This document shows positions 11,108-22,400 of a stretch of 64,000 nucleotides of DNA, in pieces (position 1 is the first letter of the stretch; each line of letters begins with the position of its first letter). Below the pieces are notes generated by a model. It ran no database searches, was not told the origin of the DNA, and worked only from the letters and a program-made list of their open reading frames with translations. Origin of the DNA: an uncultured cyanobacterium (GTDB taxonomy: Bacteria > Cyanobacteriota > Cyanobacteriia > Cyanobacteriales > CAWCAG01); NCBI GenBank assembly GCA_963803805.1, contig CAWDOD010000006.1, positions 1 through 64,000 on the forward strand, read 5' to 3'. Position numbers and translations under genes: made by a program.

Positions 11108-11728
11108 TTAGCTTTCAACTTGAGCAGATTGAAAAACCTCTTCGGCGGTCAATTTTAATTCTGGAAATGATTTTAGTTGAATAACTTCATCGCCTCTGAA
11201 CGAAATGCTTTTGTATTCGCCATTTTCTAACTGACAAACAGTAATAGTAGGTAGCTTGGGATTACCGATAAACTTTTTCCCCCCTAAGCCCAGGTAATCA
11301 ACAATCAAATATTCTGGGATACCTATGTTTTCGTACTCTTCCAATTTCAAAGCATAATCATCACTCCAGTTAGTACTAACAACTTCTACCACTAATGGTA
11401 TTGATTCACCTTGAGAAACTGTCGATTCTTTTTCATACAAAGGTTCATTTTTTAAATTACCCTTGTTTAGTACCAACACATCAGGAGAATAAGCGGAGTC
11501 TTGAGTATCAGGTTTAACTAACACTTTTGAGGCGATGAAGTAAGGTAAATTTAAGCGGTCAAACTCTACAGTTATCTTTCTGGCTAAAAACCCTACTACG
11601 TTTTCATGCTTACCTAAAGGTTGAGCCACTTCAATAATTACCCCATTATGTAATTCGTAATGCTTGTTTTCTGGTTTCCATCTGACAAATTCTTCAAAGG
11701 TTAATGTTTTTTTAATTGTTTGAATCAT
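11108..11728 (-). CDS. Uma2 family endonuclease-like protein
   Basis: LTFEEF, YELHNG, SPDVLV, LVVEVVS, YENIGIPEYLIVD. Confidence 0.85.
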   Translation of the reverse strand: MIQTIKKTLTFEEFVRWKPENKHYELHNGVIIEVAQPLGKHENVVGFLARKITVEFDRLNLPYFIASKVLVKPDTQDSAYSPDVLVLNKGNLKNEPLYEKESTVSQGESIPLVVEVVSTNWSDDYALKLEEYENIGIPEYLIVDYLGLGGKKFIGNPKLPTITVCQLENGEYKSISFRGDEVIQLKSFPELKLTAEEVFQSAQVES

Positions 11729-11774
11729 GGCTATGTCTGCTCGAATAGATACTTATTTATTATCATTTTTCTGG

Positions 11775-12767
11775 TTAGGTAGATTGCCCAAACAACCAAC
11801 CCTTAATTTTAAGACAGTCAAAGATAAATTTGTTAACCACCAAGCGTAGGGTATTACCTTGAGATCCGTAGCCAACTAGGGTGCTGTAAATACCGAGTTT
11901 GAGAATGCTTAAACCAAAGTCGAGGCGTTGGTTGGAAAAAGGATTGATTGTTTTCTGGTCAGATTGAGGATAGAAGCGTTGGTAGAAAGCTTTGCTAAGG
12001 TTAAGGTGGACTTTGTAACTTTTGAGGGTAAGACGGCCTTTTTTGCCTAGCCACAGGGCAATTTCTTGGCGGATTGTACCAGTATCTTTTTGGATACCAA
12101 CGGTATTGTTGCTATGCTGGCGGTATTTAACCAAGGCTTTTTGAAAATGGGCTATTCTGCCGTGGTGGGAAGCAACTAAGGCAACCCAATGATCATGATA
12201 CCAACCATCCGGCTGACTTTGTTTAGGAAAAGGAAGAATGTGAGTAAGAAGGCTGCGGTTAAACATTATGGTGCAGCCAGTGACGGTGTTGCGGAGGAGG
12301 AGAAGTTGAGGGTTTAGTTTTTCCGGTTGACGATTTTCGTATTGCCAAGCAGAAGAGTGAATAGTTTTATCTTCTCCATCAATTATTTCCAGGTCTGAAT
12401 GAGCTAAAATAGCATTTTCTTTTTCCAAAGCTTTGATCAGTTGCATCAGCTTTTCTTGATGCCAGATATCGTCTTGATCGCAAAAGGCAATCTGGGTTAT
12501 TTCTGGGTCATTTTGCAGATACTTTAAACCACGTTCAAAATTGTGATTAACGCCCAGATTTTCTTGATGAAAGTGACAGATAAAGCGCTGATCTTGCTGG
12601 GAATATTGAGAGAGAAAATTTGTTAAGTTTAACTGGGAAGCATCATCACAAATATGGCAAACCCACTTAGTCCAACTTTGCCCTTGAATTGATTTTAATT
12701 GTTTGTCTAGATGTTGAAGATCAGGGTTGTATGTCGCTAGTACGACACCTATTTTTTCAGTTGGCAT
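11775..12767 (-). CDS. GT2 glycosyltransferase (rhamnosyltransferase-like)
   Basis: VVLATYN, CDDAS, FCDQDDIW, NTVTGCT, HDHW, YRQH. Confidence 0.85.
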   Translation of the reverse strand: MPTEKIGVVLATYNPDLQHLDKQLKSIQGQSWTKWVCHICDDASQLNLTNFLSQYSQQDQRFICHFHQENLGVNHNFERGLKYLQNDPEITQIAFCDQDDIWHQEKLMQLIKALEKENAILAHSDLEIIDGEDKTIHSSAWQYENRQPEKLNPQLLLLRNTVTGCTIMFNRSLLTHILPFPKQSQPDGWYHDHWVALVASHHGRIAHFQKALVKYRQHSNNTVGIQKDTGTIRQEIALWLGKKGRLTLKSYKVHLNLSKAFYQRFYPQSDQKTINPFSNQRLDFGLSILKLGIYSTLVGYGSQGNTLRLVVNKFIFDCLKIKGWLFGQST

Positions 12768-12773
12768 GAAAGG

Positions 12774-13883
12774 CTAAATAAGTTGCAGTTGACTATCATC
12801 ACCAATCATAAAACTTAAGGCTTTAGGTCTTTTCGGAGCAGGGCTAAGACTAGCGCGACGACCAATGAGACTGTCTACTATCCTTTGGTGGATATTGGTT
12901 ATTTTTGCCCCTTCGAGAATCACGCTATGGTCAATATCCGTATCTATCAGGGTCACATTATCACCAATGCTTGTATAAGGGCCAATGTAGCAGTTTTCTA
13001 AGTGACAATTTTGACCAATAATAACTGGGCCGCGTACAGTACAGTTCACTAATTGGCAACCAGAGCCTATGGTAACACGACCAATAACTTTGGAGTTTTC
13101 GTCTATTTCTCCTTCAATAAGGTTATGAAGATAACTATCCAGGATAACTCGATTAGCTTCGAGGAGGTCATCTTTTTTCCCTGTATCTAACCACCAACCA
13201 GAAAGTTGAGTTGCTTGGATATTATGTTGCTGAGTAATTAGTTGCTGGATTGCATCGGTTATTTCTAATTCTCCCCTGGCTGATGGTTTAATTTGGGCGA
13301 TCGCATAGTGAATAAGAGGAGAAAAAAAGTAAACTCCTACCAAAGCTAAATCAGAAGGAGGGTGTTGAGGTTTTTCTACTAGTTGCAAAATACGTCCATC
13401 TTCGGTCACTTCCGCTACACCAAAGGCACTAGGATTTTCTACCTTGCGTAGTAAAATCAGGGCATCAAGACTTTGTTGGTTAAATTTATCAAGAAATTCT
13501 TGGAGGCTATCTTGAATTAAATTGTCCCCCAAATACATAATAAAGGGAGAATCTTCTAAGAAAGGTTGAGCAATTTTCACTGCATGGGCTAATCCTGCGG
13601 GTTCTAATTGAAGAATATAGGTAATATTAGCCCCAAACTGGGAACCATCACCAGTGAGAGTTTTCACTTCTTCCCCGGTTTCTGGACTAATGATGATACC
13701 AATATCCGTAACGCCCGCAGCAACTATACTTTCGATGCCGTACCAAAGAATGGGTTTATTCGCCACAGGGACAAGTTGTTTAGCCCCCGTATAAGTTAAG
13801 GGGCGTAGGCGTGTACCTTTACCACCAGAGAGGATTAGTGCTTTGATAGATGGGGAATTCATCGCAACTTGGTAATTAATCAT
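12774..13883 (-). CDS. rfbA: Glucose-1-phosphate thymidylyltransferase, long form
   Basis: LSGGKGTRLRPLT, KQLVPVANKP, PSARGELEITD, WLDTG, C-terminal hexapeptide region; alternative start at 13862. Confidence 0.92.
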   Translation of the reverse strand: MINYQVAMNSPSIKALILSGGKGTRLRPLTYTGAKQLVPVANKPILWYGIESIVAAGVTDIGIIISPETGEEVKTLTGDGSQFGANITYILQLEPAGLAHAVKIAQPFLEDSPFIMYLGDNLIQDSLQEFLDKFNQQSLDALILLRKVENPSAFGVAEVTEDGRILQLVEKPQHPPSDLALVGVYFFSPLIHYAIAQIKPSARGELEITDAIQQLITQQHNIQATQLSGWWLDTGKKDDLLEANRVILDSYLHNLIEGEIDENSKVIGRVTIGSGCQLVNCTVRGPVIIGQNCHLENCYIGPYTSIGDNVTLIDTDIDHSVILEGAKITNIHQRIVDSLIGRRASLSPAPKRPKALSFMIGDDSQLQLI

Positions 13884-14763
13884 TCACTTGCAAATTATGC
13901 AGCATTTTCCTTAAACTTTGTCGCCAATGAGGAGGATGACTTCCTAAAACCTTAGTTATTTTCTGACAGGAGAGGACAGAATAATGAGGGCGTTGAGCAG
14001 GAGTAAGATATTCAGCCGTGGTAATGGGAATTACTTTTTCCACTTGCAAAGGAAATCCTAATTGTCTAGCTTCAGCAAAAATAGCCACCGCAAAATCATA
14101 CCAGCTTGCTACACCGCTATTAGTATAGTGATAAATTCCCGGTTGGATAGCTTCTTTTTTAGAGATGATTTGTACTGTAGTTTCTGCTAAATCTTTTGTC
14201 CAGGTAGGGCTACCAATTTGATCTGTGACGACGCGAATTTCTTGCCTTTCTTTACCTAAACGCAACATTGTTTTAACAAAATTACCTTTGCCATAGCTTC
14301 CATAAACCCAGGCAGTACGCAAAATCAGGTAATTATCACAATTAGCTTGGATAGCAACTTCCCCTTTTAATTTAGATTCGCCGTAGACACTTTGAGGATT
14401 AGTTTGATCTGTTTCTCGATAAGGATAACCTTGCTTACCATCAAAGACGTAATCTGTGGAGTAGTGGAGGAAAAAAGCTCCCAACTTATTTGCTTCTTGG
14501 GCAATAATGCTGGGTGCAATTCCATTTATTTGGTAAGCTAATTCTGATTCTGATTCTGCTTTATCTACAGCAGTATAAGCAGCAGCGTTGACGATGACAC
14601 TGGGTTTAGTTTCCTGAAGTTTCTTAGTAATATCATTTGGTCGAGAAAGATTGAAGTTTGTTCTGTCAAAACTAATTACCTTTTGTTTTTTCAGAGTTTC
14701 TAAAATAGGTTGTAACTCTTGTCCTAGTTGTCCGTTACTACCAATGAGTACAATATGTTTCAT
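13876..14763 (-). CDS. rfbD: dTDP-4-dehydrorhamnose reductase
   Basis: GSNGQLG, NAAAYTAVDKAE, STDYVFDG, YGESK. Confidence 0.95.
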   Translation of the reverse strand: MKHIVLIGSNGQLGQELQPILETLKKQKVISFDRTNFNLSRPNDITKKLQETKPSVIVNAAAYTAVDKAESESELAYQINGIAPSIIAQEANKLGAFFLHYSTDYVFDGKQGYPYRETDQTNPQSVYGESKLKGEVAIQANCDNYLILRTAWVYGSYGKGNFVKTMLRLGKERQEIRVVTDQIGSPTWTKDLAETTVQIISKKEAIQPGIYHYTNSGVASWYDFAVAIFAEARQLGFPLQVEKVIPITTAEYLTPAQRPHYSVLSCQKITKVLGSHPPHWRQSLRKMLHNLQVND

Positions 14764-14772
14764 ATAGTCTTT

Positions 14773-15525
14773 TTACTGACTTTTTCTACAAACAACTACA
14801 AACTCCATACCATTTTTCTGCGTTAATTCAATTTCAAAAGGAAAAGATAAGTCACTTTTACAGTGCAAAAGAAGTTCTAAAAACTCCATTTGCGTCCATA
14901 CATGAAAGTGAATGCTGTAATCAATTTCCATAGTATGTTTGATAGCAGCATCAACCTTCTCTCCTGTTACTTTATCAACTAACTTAGTCCACTCTTCAAA
15001 GTGAGAATATTTTGACCAATCTGGACCTTCTTGGTAATCTCGAATTAAGTGTTCTAGAGTTGTTACAGGGCGATCGCAGTCAAAAGTATGTCGCTTATCA
15101 GGAACTGCCATATAAAGAGTTCCCCCTGGTTTCAGCACTCTCAAGTGTTGCTCAATTGTACCTATAGGATTTTGACAATGTTCAATCATATGATTGGCAA
15201 TTACAAAATCAACAGAGGCATCTTTTAAAGATAGTAAAGTTTCTCCATCGTCAATGATGTCAACATTCACCAATTCATAACCTGCCAATTCTGGGTAGTG
15301 TTTTCTCAACTCAGCAACAGACATTCTATCTACATAGCGTACTTGAGCATGGGGTGGCACTTCTAAGGGTGAGTGCAACGCGCCAACTTCGATACCACTT
15401 CCAGATAGATAGTGCCAAGCAATTTGCCTTCGTAAAGCTTGTTCTGGTGGAATATTTTCTTTAGTAGGTAAAGGGAGATTATTTGAATTTTTAAACTTGT
15501 TGGTAATCTTCTGGAAGACTTGCAT
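14773..15525 (-). CDS. Class I SAM-dependent methyltransferase (glycan-locus type)
   Basis: GIEVGAL, DFVIANHMIEH, LKPGG, HFHVWT. Confidence 0.8.
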   Translation of the reverse strand: MQVFQKITNKFKNSNNLPLPTKENIPPEQALRRQIAWHYLSGSGIEVGALHSPLEVPPHAQVRYVDRMSVAELRKHYPELAGYELVNVDIIDDGETLLSLKDASVDFVIANHMIEHCQNPIGTIEQHLRVLKPGGTLYMAVPDKRHTFDCDRPVTTLEHLIRDYQEGPDWSKYSHFEEWTKLVDKVTGEKVDAAIKHTMEIDYSIHFHVWTQMEFLELLLHCKSDLSFPFEIELTQKNGMEFVVVCRKSQ

Positions 15526-15610
15526 TTTTTCTCTCTTTTAGATTGCTTTTATTTCGACAAATTGGATAATGCTAAACCCGGAATTAATGATATCAGAATG
15601 ACAAGACTAA

Positions 15611-17401
15611 TTAATCAAGTGAAAAATCTGCACAACTCTGGGAAAGATTGGAGTTGTAGTAAGGATCAAACTGTAAATATGGCATTCCGCTATGTAAAGC
15701 ATGAAGCTTATCAAGTTCCCACTGTTGCCAATTATCGCCTCTACTAGCAGACTCAAAATGAAGCATTTCCACATAAGGCGTAACCACATTTCTGTATCCA
15801 GCCCTAAAAAGCCTTAAACAGAAGTCTACATCGTTGTAGTTTAGGGGCAAATCCTCATTCAAAGTACCCACTTCCTTAAACTTGGACTTCTTCACCATAA
15901 GACAGGCTCCTGTAACAGCAATGTAGTTGCGATTAATCAGATTCGACAGAAAATAACCGGGATGTTCTCTGGATTCGTTGTAGTATGGATGTCCAGGATT
16001 GCCATTCAAAATGACAACACCACAATGTTGAATCTTTTCATCCGGAAACAAAAGCTTGCAACCAACAGCGCCTATGCTTTCCTGCTGAGCAAGTTCTAAC
16101 ATTGATTCTATCCAGTCAGGAGTTAAAACTTGAATGTCATCATTAAGTATCAGCAAAAAATCACCCTGAGACTCACTGATACCTAAATTTATCCTCATAG
16201 AGAAGTTGAAAGGCTTGTTGCATCTTACTAATTTAAGCTTGTCATATTCAATTCTTGCTAAGATTGCATCAGGAATGTCGTAGCCATCTACAAGGATAAT
16301 TTCGATGTTTGTGTAAGTAGTGAGGGATTTGATACTCTCTAGGCATTGTTCTAGAAGACAAACTTCCTCTCCATCAATGGAAATGCACTTAGCTGCACTC
16401 GGTATAATAATACTTACTAGAGGTTGACCAACGATATGCCGTCGCACACGATAAAAACCGCGTTGTGAGCTTTCTTCGACCCAACCAGGATAATTACTAC
16501 GTTCTAACATTGCTGCCAAGGCATTCTTCGCTGCAACATAAGCCCAAGGTTTAGCTTGTTCTCCGGAAGTGACGGAAGAGGGAATAATGCGCCAATGATA
16601 GAGAATTTTCGGAATGTGGAAAATGTTAGTGGTTTTTTCCACTACTCGCAAAACGAGGTCGTAATCCTGGGAGCCATCATATTCACTACGGAAACCACCA
16701 ATTTGACCAATTAGGCTAGTTCGATATACTCCTAAATGACAAGTATACATACAGGCATGAAAATACTCCGGCGACCAATCTGGCTTGAAAAACGGCCCTG
16801 AAAGTTTGCCCTTAGTATCTATTTTGTCTTCATCACTATAAATAAAATCTGCTTCTGGATGACTATTGATTAATTTGGCATTTTCAAACAACGCATCAAT
16901 TGTCAGTTCGTCATCATTATCTAATAGAGCAACATAGTCTCCTGTAGCTAGTTCTAAAGCAGAGTTACTGGCAACCGAAATGTGACCGTTTTCCTCCCTA
17001 AAGATAACTTTGATACGAGAATCTAGCTTGCTATATTTCTCAAGCAGAGGTCGAATATGGGGCTGTGTAGAAGCATCATCAGCTATGCAAAGTTCCCAAT
17101 CCGGATAAATTTGCTTACGTACAGATTCAATTGCTTTCTCCAGCCATTTTGCCTCAACGTTATAAACAGGCATAATCACTGAAAACTTGGGGCGCAACTT
17201 CATCTGGTCAATTTGCTGGCGGGCTTTTATTATGTCCTCATCTTTCAATTCGTTCTTTTTCAGCCACCTGCGGTAGCTTAGATTACCCTGATATTTATTT
17301 CTAATCTTTTGGTAAATAAACTTGAAGAGAGCTAAAGTTCCTTCTTCTTGCCATACTTTGTTAAGCTTGTTGAGTTTTCTGCTGATAACTCTTTCATTCA
17401 T
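15611..17401 (-). CDS. Two-domain GT2 glycosyltransferase
   Basis: FSVIMPVYN, ADDAS, YSDED, GSQDYDL; second GT2 with VSIIIP, FNFS, LNDD, AVTGACL, NDVDFCL. Confidence 0.9.
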   Translation of the reverse strand: MNERVISRKLNKLNKVWQEEGTLALFKFIYQKIRNKYQGNLSYRRWLKKNELKDEDIIKARQQIDQMKLRPKFSVIMPVYNVEAKWLEKAIESVRKQIYPDWELCIADDASTQPHIRPLLEKYSKLDSRIKVIFREENGHISVASNSALELATGDYVALLDNDDELTIDALFENAKLINSHPEADFIYSDEDKIDTKGKLSGPFFKPDWSPEYFHACMYTCHLGVYRTSLIGQIGGFRSEYDGSQDYDLVLRVVEKTTNIFHIPKILYHWRIIPSSVTSGEQAKPWAYVAAKNALAAMLERSNYPGWVEESSQRGFYRVRRHIVGQPLVSIIIPSAAKCISIDGEEVCLLEQCLESIKSLTTYTNIEIILVDGYDIPDAILARIEYDKLKLVRCNKPFNFSMRINLGISESQGDFLLILNDDIQVLTPDWIESMLELAQQESIGAVGCKLLFPDEKIQHCGVVILNGNPGHPYYNESREHPGYFLSNLINRNYIAVTGACLMVKKSKFKEVGTLNEDLPLNYNDVDFCLRLFRAGYRNVVTPYVEMLHFESASRGDNWQQWELDKLHALHSGMPYLQFDPYYNSNLSQSCADFSLD

Positions 17402-17557
17402 TGGCTAAATCTTACAAAGTAGGTGGATTAGTGTTAGCTTTTTATTACTTAAATGCGATCGCAACAGCATAGTGAGTTTCTCCCAACTATAGTGTATAAA
17501 TCATCTATAATCAGCAACAGATCTGATCTGACCACTGGCCAAAATTTAAATTTGTTT

Positions 17558-18325
17558 TTAGGCAGGTATGTGTCTAATGGCAACAACATCTTGATGATTA
17601 TCCCATCCACTTTCAATGTAAGCTTTCAGAGAAAAATCACTTTGATTGACAAGAAAACTATAAATCCAACCCAAAGAGGTCATAGAAATGCCATACATAT
17701 TTCCATAGCTTGTTTCTTTGTCGTAAGGCGCAAACCCATAGCCAACATTCTTATAACTTTCTTCCACCTTCAAAAAATCGTTATCACTTATGTTGTAGCT
17801 CATCGATTTTAGTTGTCTCCGCTTGTACATATTTCTGCCATGAGTAGTAAAAACCATCAGGCCTCCTCTTTTAAGGTGTCGAGTAAAGCAGTTTAATAAT
17901 TCAATAGCTTGTTGCTCTGGTATATGGGTTATCAACGAACCACACCAGATTAAATCGAACGATTGATGGAAGTTTATTTTAGAGAAATCTGTATCAGAAC
18001 AATAGGCAGTTGCACTAAAAGTAGAAGCGTTGAAAGCGACAGATTCTTTCCAAATATCAGCAGCAGTGAAGTCAGCATCAGGAAACTCAGCTCTTAAGTA
18101 GCGAGACACTCTACCAAATCCGCATGCAAAGTCTAAGATATTATTAACTTCCTCAACTCCACTGCATATCATCACTTTTGCAATCACTGAAATAGCAGAG
18201 CGACCAACTTCAAAATAACGCTCTACAGTACTCATATTCATATTGTCAGACTCATGAATATTCTTGATCACGTACTTATCTAGTAAGAATGGGTTTTGAG
18301 CGATTTTAGCAAGAGAAAATCTCAT
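17558..18325 (-). CDS. Class I SAM-dependent methyltransferase
   Basis: ILDFACGFGRV, FDLIWCGSLITH, GGLMVFTTHG, HQDV. Confidence 0.8.
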   Translation of the reverse strand: MRFSLAKIAQNPFLLDKYVIKNIHESDNMNMSTVERYFEVGRSAISVIAKVMICSGVEEVNNILDFACGFGRVSRYLRAEFPDADFTAADIWKESVAFNASTFSATAYCSDTDFSKINFHQSFDLIWCGSLITHIPEQQAIELLNCFTRHLKRGGLMVFTTHGRNMYKRRQLKSMSYNISDNDFLKVEESYKNVGYGFAPYDKETSYGNMYGISMTSLGWIYSFLVNQSDFSLKAYIESGWDNHQDVVAIRHIPA

Positions 18326-18394
18326 AACACTTATACATAGTAGTTTTTGAGCTTTAAGCTTAGATAAGGATAGTAGAAAAAGGCAATGTTACAT

Positions 18395-19375
18395 CTAAAA
18401 AAACTTACCTCCCTCGTAACTTTTCAGCCAACTGTGGGTTTTCTTTAATCCATCTTGAAAAGATGTCGAAGTTAGCCAGCTTAACTCTTGTTTTGCTAAA
18501 TCGCTAGCTAATACATTTTTAGAAATATCTACTGATTTTGCTTCATCATATTTAACTTCAATTTTCTTTTCCAAAACCACCTCAATTTCTTGAATTATTT
18601 CCAAAATAGAACGTCCTACACCACTGCCTACGTTGAATATTGTGTAATCTCCTTTGTAAATAGCTGCTCGTATTATTGCATCAATTACATCAAAAATATA
18701 AATGTAATCTCTAATTATATTGCCGTCTCCCCAAATAGTTATCGGTTGGTTCAACATGGCATAGGAAAGAATGGTTGGTATTATACCGTGCTTTTTATTC
18801 GTTAGTTGGTAAGGTCCAAAAGGATTACTCACTCGGAGAATACTATAATTCAAGCCATACAAATGTTTAAACAATGCTAGATACTTTTCGATTGTCAACT
18901 TGACAATTCCATAGCTACAAATTGGATCAGTTGCAGATCTCTCAGTTATGGGAAAGGTCTGAGATGTCCCGTAAACAGTGCCTCCAGAGGATAAAAAAAT
19001 GACTTTCTTAACGTTATTTTTTTGGCAGCTTTCAAGTAGTTTAATAGTATTTACTAGATTACTTTCTATGTCAAATACTTTATTAGCATTAGAATATGCG
19101 GGTAAGGTTGTACTTATTAAGTGGAAGACAATATCCATCCCTTGAGTCATATTTTGGACAAGGGAATGGTCTGAAAAATCTCCTTCGGTAAAGGCAATAT
19201 TTTGAAAAACTTCTAAAAAGTATGGAGTCCTTCCAAATCCGTAGATTTTAGCTCCATAGGATTTTAGAGTCTTGCAGAGAGTTGTACCCACAAATCCACC
19301 AGCGCCAAGAACTAAGCATTTGACACCTTTGATATTATTGACATCGAGGCTATCTGAGTAACTAGAAGTCGCCAT
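18395..19375 (-). CDS. NAD-dependent nucleotide-sugar epimerase/dehydratase (extended SDR)
   Basis: GAGGFVG, SSGGTVYG, YGIVK (YxxxK), RDYIY. Confidence 0.88.
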   Translation of the reverse strand: MATSSYSDSLDVNNIKGVKCLVLGAGGFVGTTLCKTLKSYGAKIYGFGRTPYFLEVFQNIAFTEGDFSDHSLVQNMTQGMDIVFHLISTTLPAYSNANKVFDIESNLVNTIKLLESCQKNNVKKVIFLSSGGTVYGTSQTFPITERSATDPICSYGIVKLTIEKYLALFKHLYGLNYSILRVSNPFGPYQLTNKKHGIIPTILSYAMLNQPITIWGDGNIIRDYIYIFDVIDAIIRAAIYKGDYTIFNVGSGVGRSILEIIQEIEVVLEKKIEVKYDEAKSVDISKNVLASDLAKQELSWLTSTSFQDGLKKTHSWLKSYEGGKFF

Positions 19376-19441
19376 ATTAGAATTAAGCTTATTGACTAAC
19401 TAAGTAAAGTTTTTATACTGAATAAGCATAGAGAACATTCA

Positions 19442-22400
19442 TTATATGAGCTTTTGGCAAGAAGGTAGGGCTTGAGAAAGTTGCTTTAATCTCCAAGATG
19501 CTTTGCAAATTAAAAAGACCATATCTTGCTCTTTAGTAGCAGGATCTGTTGCAAAATATGTCAGCACTGATAAAGAAGAAATTGCCACCTGGAATTTTTT
19601 TATCACATCTTTCCCATAAATCCGGTAGTGTCCATGTTGTGAATGATCTGGATATCCCCAATCCTTTGTTATTTCTTGATTCATTGGATCAGGAAAAGTC
19701 AAAAATATAAAACCGTCGTCGTTAATAATTCGAGCTAATTCTTTAAGAGCTGCACAATCATCCTCGACATGTTCGAGAACATGATTGCAAATCACGAGAT
19801 CATATCTCTTATCGCTTCGGTTAACATTTGCCAAGTCCAAGGAATTTTCCTCTCCATATACCGAAACCTCATGGCTTGCAAACCATTCTGGTCTAGCTGC
19901 GCTATCTCTACTAAACTGAAGTGTTTTTAAGTCTTTCAATACATCTGCTCTATGGAGTTGCTCGAAGATATTACGAAATGCTCGATGTCGTTCTAATGAT
20001 TGACAGATCTCACAACGAGGTAGTAAACCTGTACGACTAGTTCGACCACCAGGACCATAACCAAATTTTTGAGAGCCGCATATGTTACAGGCTGAGTGCC
20101 TTAAATAATTTTGGTTTTGCCTAAACTGAGGATTGTATTTCCAAACGTATACCGATAATAAACCATAGCCCAACACATTGCTATTGTAGTTAAGATGTGT
20201 CTGTTCAAATCCAACTGATTGACACAACGTTCCAAGTTGTTGAGGTAGCAATTCATTTTCTAGTTTTTCCTCTAAAGAAAAAATGAAACATCCACCTGGC
20301 TTAATAGAGTTTCTAATCCGCTTGTCAACATGGCTTGCTGAAACTATTGTTTGTGGTACATCAGACATAATTAATATGTCAACTGGCTCTTTAAGAGACT
20401 GAAATAGTTCATCTATGGAAGTATCGACCTGTAAGAGATACTGTTCAACAGCAAACATTGAACGACAAGGTGTCTCTAATGATCTCTCCTTAACCCATGC
20501 GACTAGCTTCAAATGAATATAAATGTAAGGACTTTCTGCGAGATACCGATAAACAGAGCGACTAAAGCCTGTTGAGCCGGATAAAGGACAGGTAAAACTT
20601 TCTCTACTAGAAACTTGATTGAAATCTCCAGTCCAGCCACTAATATTACATCTATAGCCTTTTTCTTCAGCACACCATTTAACTAGAGGCAAGTCTTTTT
20701 CGTACACTGGATGTATGGCAACAGTAGATTCATTTACGAAAGCTTCAATACCAGGTCGAGTTTTGTTTGAAACTGAAATAATTTCAGGAATATCACCTAG
20801 TTCCCAACCTTTACTTTCAAGGAAATAGCTGTACTCAACATCCATATGTCCCTGGGGTAGGGCAGGATTAAACCCACCTACTTCTTTGAAAATAGAACTT
20901 CTTAGAACCCAGAGTCCACCTTGAACATGACGGAAGAGTTTATCAGGATTTTGACGAGCAAAATCTTGATTTCGGAAATGGACAAACCAGGATTGCTGCA
21001 TATATTGCAAGGCTGTCGGCCACTTTGGTGAAGAGACGAGATTTCCTGCTAAAGCAACGTTTTTATGATTTCTCATATAGTCAATGCAAATTCTTTCCCA
21101 ACCTGGCTTAACAATTAGACCTTCATTACTACAAACATAAAAGCTATATTCTCCCTCAGCCATATCTAGTGCAATATTTGAAGCCGGACCACAATAAATA
21201 TTTCTATCAAGTTCGATAAGTCGAATGCAATCTTGGCTTTGTGTAAGCGATCGCAAGTTATCAACAAAATATGCCTCGCTAGCATTATCAATAATTGTTA
21301 GTATGAAAGGCGTGGTTGTATTGTCAACGATGCTTTGAATGACTTGCTTTGTGGTTTCAAAGCTACCGATACCATCCCGACAATAGGTGACCATAAAGAT
21401 ATCAATGGGCGGGCGAGCGATCACATCTAGCAGGGTATTTACCGTTTTGGATAAACCTACTCTACTATCAACTACTTGCTTGGCATTTTCTATAACTCGA
21501 TTAATTTGCCCTCTAGACATTCCCATGACTCTCTTAAGTTCTTGGGCTAAAGCCAAGCTATCTTTTTGCGGCACTAGGAACCCTGAAATTCTATGATCGA
21601 TAAAGTCAGGAATTGCTGATACTTTTGTTCCTAAAACGGGTACACCCATACTCATTGCTTGAAAAAAGACAGTGGGCATTCCATCTACATTACCATCCTC
21701 AGCTTCGATGCAGGGTAAAATAAAAATGTCAGCCTCCGACAAAATTGATGCTATGACATCTTTCCCTTCAATAGCCCCGTGGATAAATACTTGATTTAAG
21801 TGGTTGTCTCTAACAAAATCTCGAAATTCATTCTCAAGAGGACCAAATCCATATATGTGAAACTCTACCTGGTCAGGAGCGAATTGAGCTGCTGCTTCTA
21901 AAAGGTACTTAATACCTTTCTTCTCTATAAAGCGTGCGATAGTTACAGATCTGTAACAAACTGATGATCTTTTATTTTTCTGAGAAAGCAGCTTATTCTC
22001 ATCGGAAATATCAACCAAATTGCAGTCCACTGCCTGTGGCATCATCAAAATCTTGCTAGCAGGAACATCTCTATCAATTAAAAAATCACGGTGATAATTA
22101 CCGTAAACAAATATCTTTTTGCAGAACTTGCTTCTGGAAACCTCTGTTATCTTATTTCTCTGACAATTGAGTTTATGGAATATATCGACAGCATGAGGCA
22201 TAAATGAAAAAGGAATCTGGAGCTTTTCAGCAACCAGATAAACCAGATTAGTCACGACAGGATAAACGAAGTGACTATGACACCAATTCCTACCATGCTT
22301 AACTAAAAGGATCTCTAAATCTTCCTGGTTGTGAACAAAGTATGTATCAACTTCAAATTTGATATCAGCCTTTTTGTCTGGTTGAATCGTATAGTATACT

